A stretch of DNA of 64,000 nucleotides, from assembly GCA_964016885.1 (NCBI GenBank), contig OZ024745.1:53444001-53508000 (forward strand). The letters are read 5' to 3'. The notes under the pieces were generated by a model. That model searched no databases and had not been told where the DNA came from. It was given only the letters and a program-made list of their open reading frames with translations. This DNA is from Eledone cirrhosa. Taxonomy: Eukaryota. How positions within the stretch are numbered: position 1 is the first letter of the stretch; every line of letters starts with the position of its first letter. Below, piece after piece: positions 62,301 through 64,000 of the stretch. Position numbers and translations under genes: made by a program.

Positions 62301-63313
62301 AAGTTGAGCTTCCAGTAACCGGGGCCCTGTCTATGAGTTCTGTCAAGGTTGACCATGCAGGTCACTAATTTGTGGTCTGAATAGCCAACCATGCGCATTT
62401 TTGGACAACTTAAAAAGTCCTTATCCTTAATTCTAACTAAGAACCTATCTAGGTACGACCTAGATGATCCGCTACGATTTGCCCAAGTCCAGGTTGGCGC
62501 AGTCGGAAAATCTAGTCGATATCTATCGGCCAGGTCAAATCGACCGATTAACCCTTTGAGGCTATTACACCCCTCTCTATCGGGGCAGGCCCCTACGTAG
62601 TCCCAGCGTGCATCTAGGATACCATTCCAGTCCCCCACTAATAGCAAGGATCGAGACGTCCCTAGAAAAGTCTCCAGACGATGGAAGAAGTCCGGCCGCA
62701 TTGACCCGAAAGGGCCGTAGGCGGCTACCAACCTAAACGCTCCGCCTTTACCACTGCCAAGGTCCAGAACCACTAGTCGACCCTCCGGGTCCAAATGTAC
62801 CATCTGTGTTGCGAGACCCAGATGTTTTTGCAGCAGAACGACAACTCCACCCCCACCTCCGGGCTGACAGAGAGATGCGTGCATCTCAAAGTCATCAAAG
62901 GTGGGGGCCAGCTGTCGCACGTTGCTGATCCGGGCCTCGCAAATAACCATCACATCTATACGTTGTGACCTGAGGTCATTTAGAAGCATTGCTTGCTTCC
63001 AAGTTGAGCCCAGGCCATGCGCATTTAAACAGCCTACTCTTAGCATAGCCATGTTGGTGGTGAAGAGAAAAGGCACTTACCTCTCTGCGTCCCGGGTATC
63101 GGGCTGCACAATTTCCATTAGGGTGGGGGATGGGTTGTTGGGTGGGGTGGTGGTTTGTGGAAGTGTGGGGGCATCAGTGTGTTGTGTGGTTGGGGAGCTT
63201 GGAGTTGTGTAGGTGTTTGGAGAGGGGGTGGGATAGTTTTTTAGGAGGACGCGGTTAATGGGCCCGACGCAGGGGGGACCCACGTCCTCTTTAAAATTGT
63301 TTTTTAAAGTTTT
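59350..63313 (-). mobile_element. Tx1/L1-clade LINE, 5'-truncated in ORF1, with (GATA)n on both sides
   Basis: It lies directly head-to-tail with the full-length copy. The ORF1 C-terminus (GPPCVGPINRVLLK...DAER) is at 63077-63313, and (GATA)n is at 63314-63378. Confidence 0.95.
59615..63052 (-). CDS. Uninterrupted LINE ORF2: APE endonuclease, reverse transcriptase and C-terminal Cys/His domain (~1145 aa)
   Basis: EN motifs CLNAHGL, ICE, GDWN, YLDRFLV and SDH. RT motifs KSPGLDGLP, FRPITLLN, LDQSKAFDRV, RQGCPLS, YADD and LGV. C-terminal CPRC-x7-H-x4-C. The first ATG (CCAACATGG) is at 63052; the ORF track starts at an upstream GTG. Confidence 0.96.
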   Translation of the reverse strand: MAMLRVGCLNAHGLGSTWKQAMLLNDLRSQRIDVMVICEARISNVRQLAPTFDDFEMHASLCQPGGGGGVVVLLQKHLGLATQMVHLDPEGRLVVLDLGSGKGGAFRLVAAYGPFGSMRPDFFHRLETFLGTSRSLLLVGDWNGILDARWDYVGACPDREGCNSLKGLIGRFDLADRYRLDFPTAPTWTWANRSGSSRSYLDRFLVRIKDKDFLSCPKMRMVGYSDHKLVTCMVNLDRTHRQGPGYWKLNLSLPASRAYRNRISTLVKERLTGAIVNSRWWVSLKREIRVVSIEFSKVLAADRNRKERELIDRVEEAIRSGDVARVLASRTALSQFFGAKHEGCVVRSKIRALGNEGTKAVSWARVTEANSGTKSTIRSLRDLDGRAILEPKQMCEAFQRHFARLFGRGGEPVGNVDFGPYLDGLPRLSDREAKSCEEPISATEIEDVLSQCGKRKSPGLDGLPYELYLAMPDLFPDLLEAVYCNWQQNGRIPCTVTKGVVTLVRKDENKGDEISNFRPITLLNTELQILAKVLAKRLALVVGNLVGDAQTCAIPSRSIHDNLHLMRYIIERVGNEPGFGGALINLDQSKAFDRVDHGYLDAVLAAAGFGPIFRGWITAMHSSRICSRVKVNGYLSEPFKIARSIRQGCPLSSLLYVLTLEPLLRKLELLQGIPLEPGLRKAVSAYADDVTVMVSTASEIEAVGTLLEEYEKFTGAKLNRDKSIGLQLGTWRGRPMPSDGVVGRWTEGPVKLLGVWFGPDLQVEKNWAEVTNRVFALTQKWASCKLSLKGRAEVANTYIASVIYYRLTVVPCPRETLTKMERALFQFLWKRRAPMVRRSICCQHPSKGGLGMPWLMMRKHALRLRHLYVFLTGQPVWASFVRRTFPRLVSLTELQSWVKQRPRKLGAWHTECAQALTALWQADPVISGDSTATFYRGLVRSRCDDAFGEALDMEEDELASLFGRTFSPGPMDNFQKSLAWQCYRGALPVRERLYRQGRPGRDPAKKICPRCVCDEETVAHALVHCSGAADLWGYVEQLLSRVGPIRLTTESIVMIKPPPPFKDEAEAVFLCVIAMAKEVVWWTRLKGLRSGTFLSGQQLVRFFRYHFGRRIRMEREVLHPSRFYERWVKVARMARVNGPSLYIRL

Positions 63314-63379
<66 letters not shown>

Positions 63380-64000
63380 TTCTATTATTTAATTATCGCA
63401 AATAGTCCTCCAGATCATACTTAACGTTTCATTAGAGTGACAGATAAAATTAGCGTAAGTTGTCTCCAGTTTCGATTATATGGATTCGCAGACTACAGAT
63501 TCAGATCTAGATAGTCGATTTAATCCAACCCGAATACTGGAAGTTGAACAGGAATTTTGTTGGTATGGAAATATTTCCTAGATCAGACCGGATTAGCGAA
63601 CTACTAAAACGCTTTTCGTCGTTAGTGTAGTCGAAATCTTGAAAATAAAGAAACGATGTTGTGAAGATCTATAAATCCATAAAAACTAAAAATAAGAATA
63701 TATATAAAACAGGCAATTTTCACATGATCTGATAGTATATATGAACAGATTTGTGTTACTTTTTACTATAGGTGCATGTTACTATATCAACAATTAATTT
63801 GGCTTTTTAACTTTCTTAAAATATTACATATCTAGAATTACGTTATCAAAGGTCTCTTCTTATTTAAAACATTTAGATGTGTTTAATTGATTGAGTTTTG
63901 GCTGCTATTTCTAGTAAGCTGAACGATGACATAGTAGTTCTCTGACTCGTTTGTTTCTATATCTGCTATTGGGGATTACAGCAATGATGATTATGTCTTT

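Noticed and set aside
59932-63212. Plus-strand ORFs overlapping the LINE ORF2
   Set aside because: They are short antisense shadows of a GC-rich coding region with no recognisable domain.

Overview
AT-rich, microsatellite-dense eukaryotic non-genic DNA. It is probably cephalopod (octopus-like), inferred from the tRNA/Nin-domain SINEs and the repeat landscape. No host exon is recognisable, and nearly all short ORFs in the track come from simple repeats. Two retroelement systems dominate. (1) Hammerhead-ribozyme (HHR) elements inserted in (TA)n: a 9-copy, near-identical 310-bp tandem array with one type I hammerhead per unit (retrozyme-like, 2955-5975); two Penelope-like (Naiad-type) relics; and further non-coding HHR families. 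Together they give about 23 core-intact hammerhead motifs from six sequence families, mostly as divergent inverted pairs. (2) A Tx1/L1-clade LINE family whose copies sit in (GATA)n/(TATC)n tracts, including a full-length copy (53479-59272) and a 5'-truncated copy with an uninterrupted EN-RT ORF2 (59615-63052). Also present: SINEs; CR1, RTE and R4-like fragments; a mariner-like end; a 6.5-kb nested inverted duplication; and a 200-N gap. All ribozyme folds were worked out by eye and none is experimentally tested.
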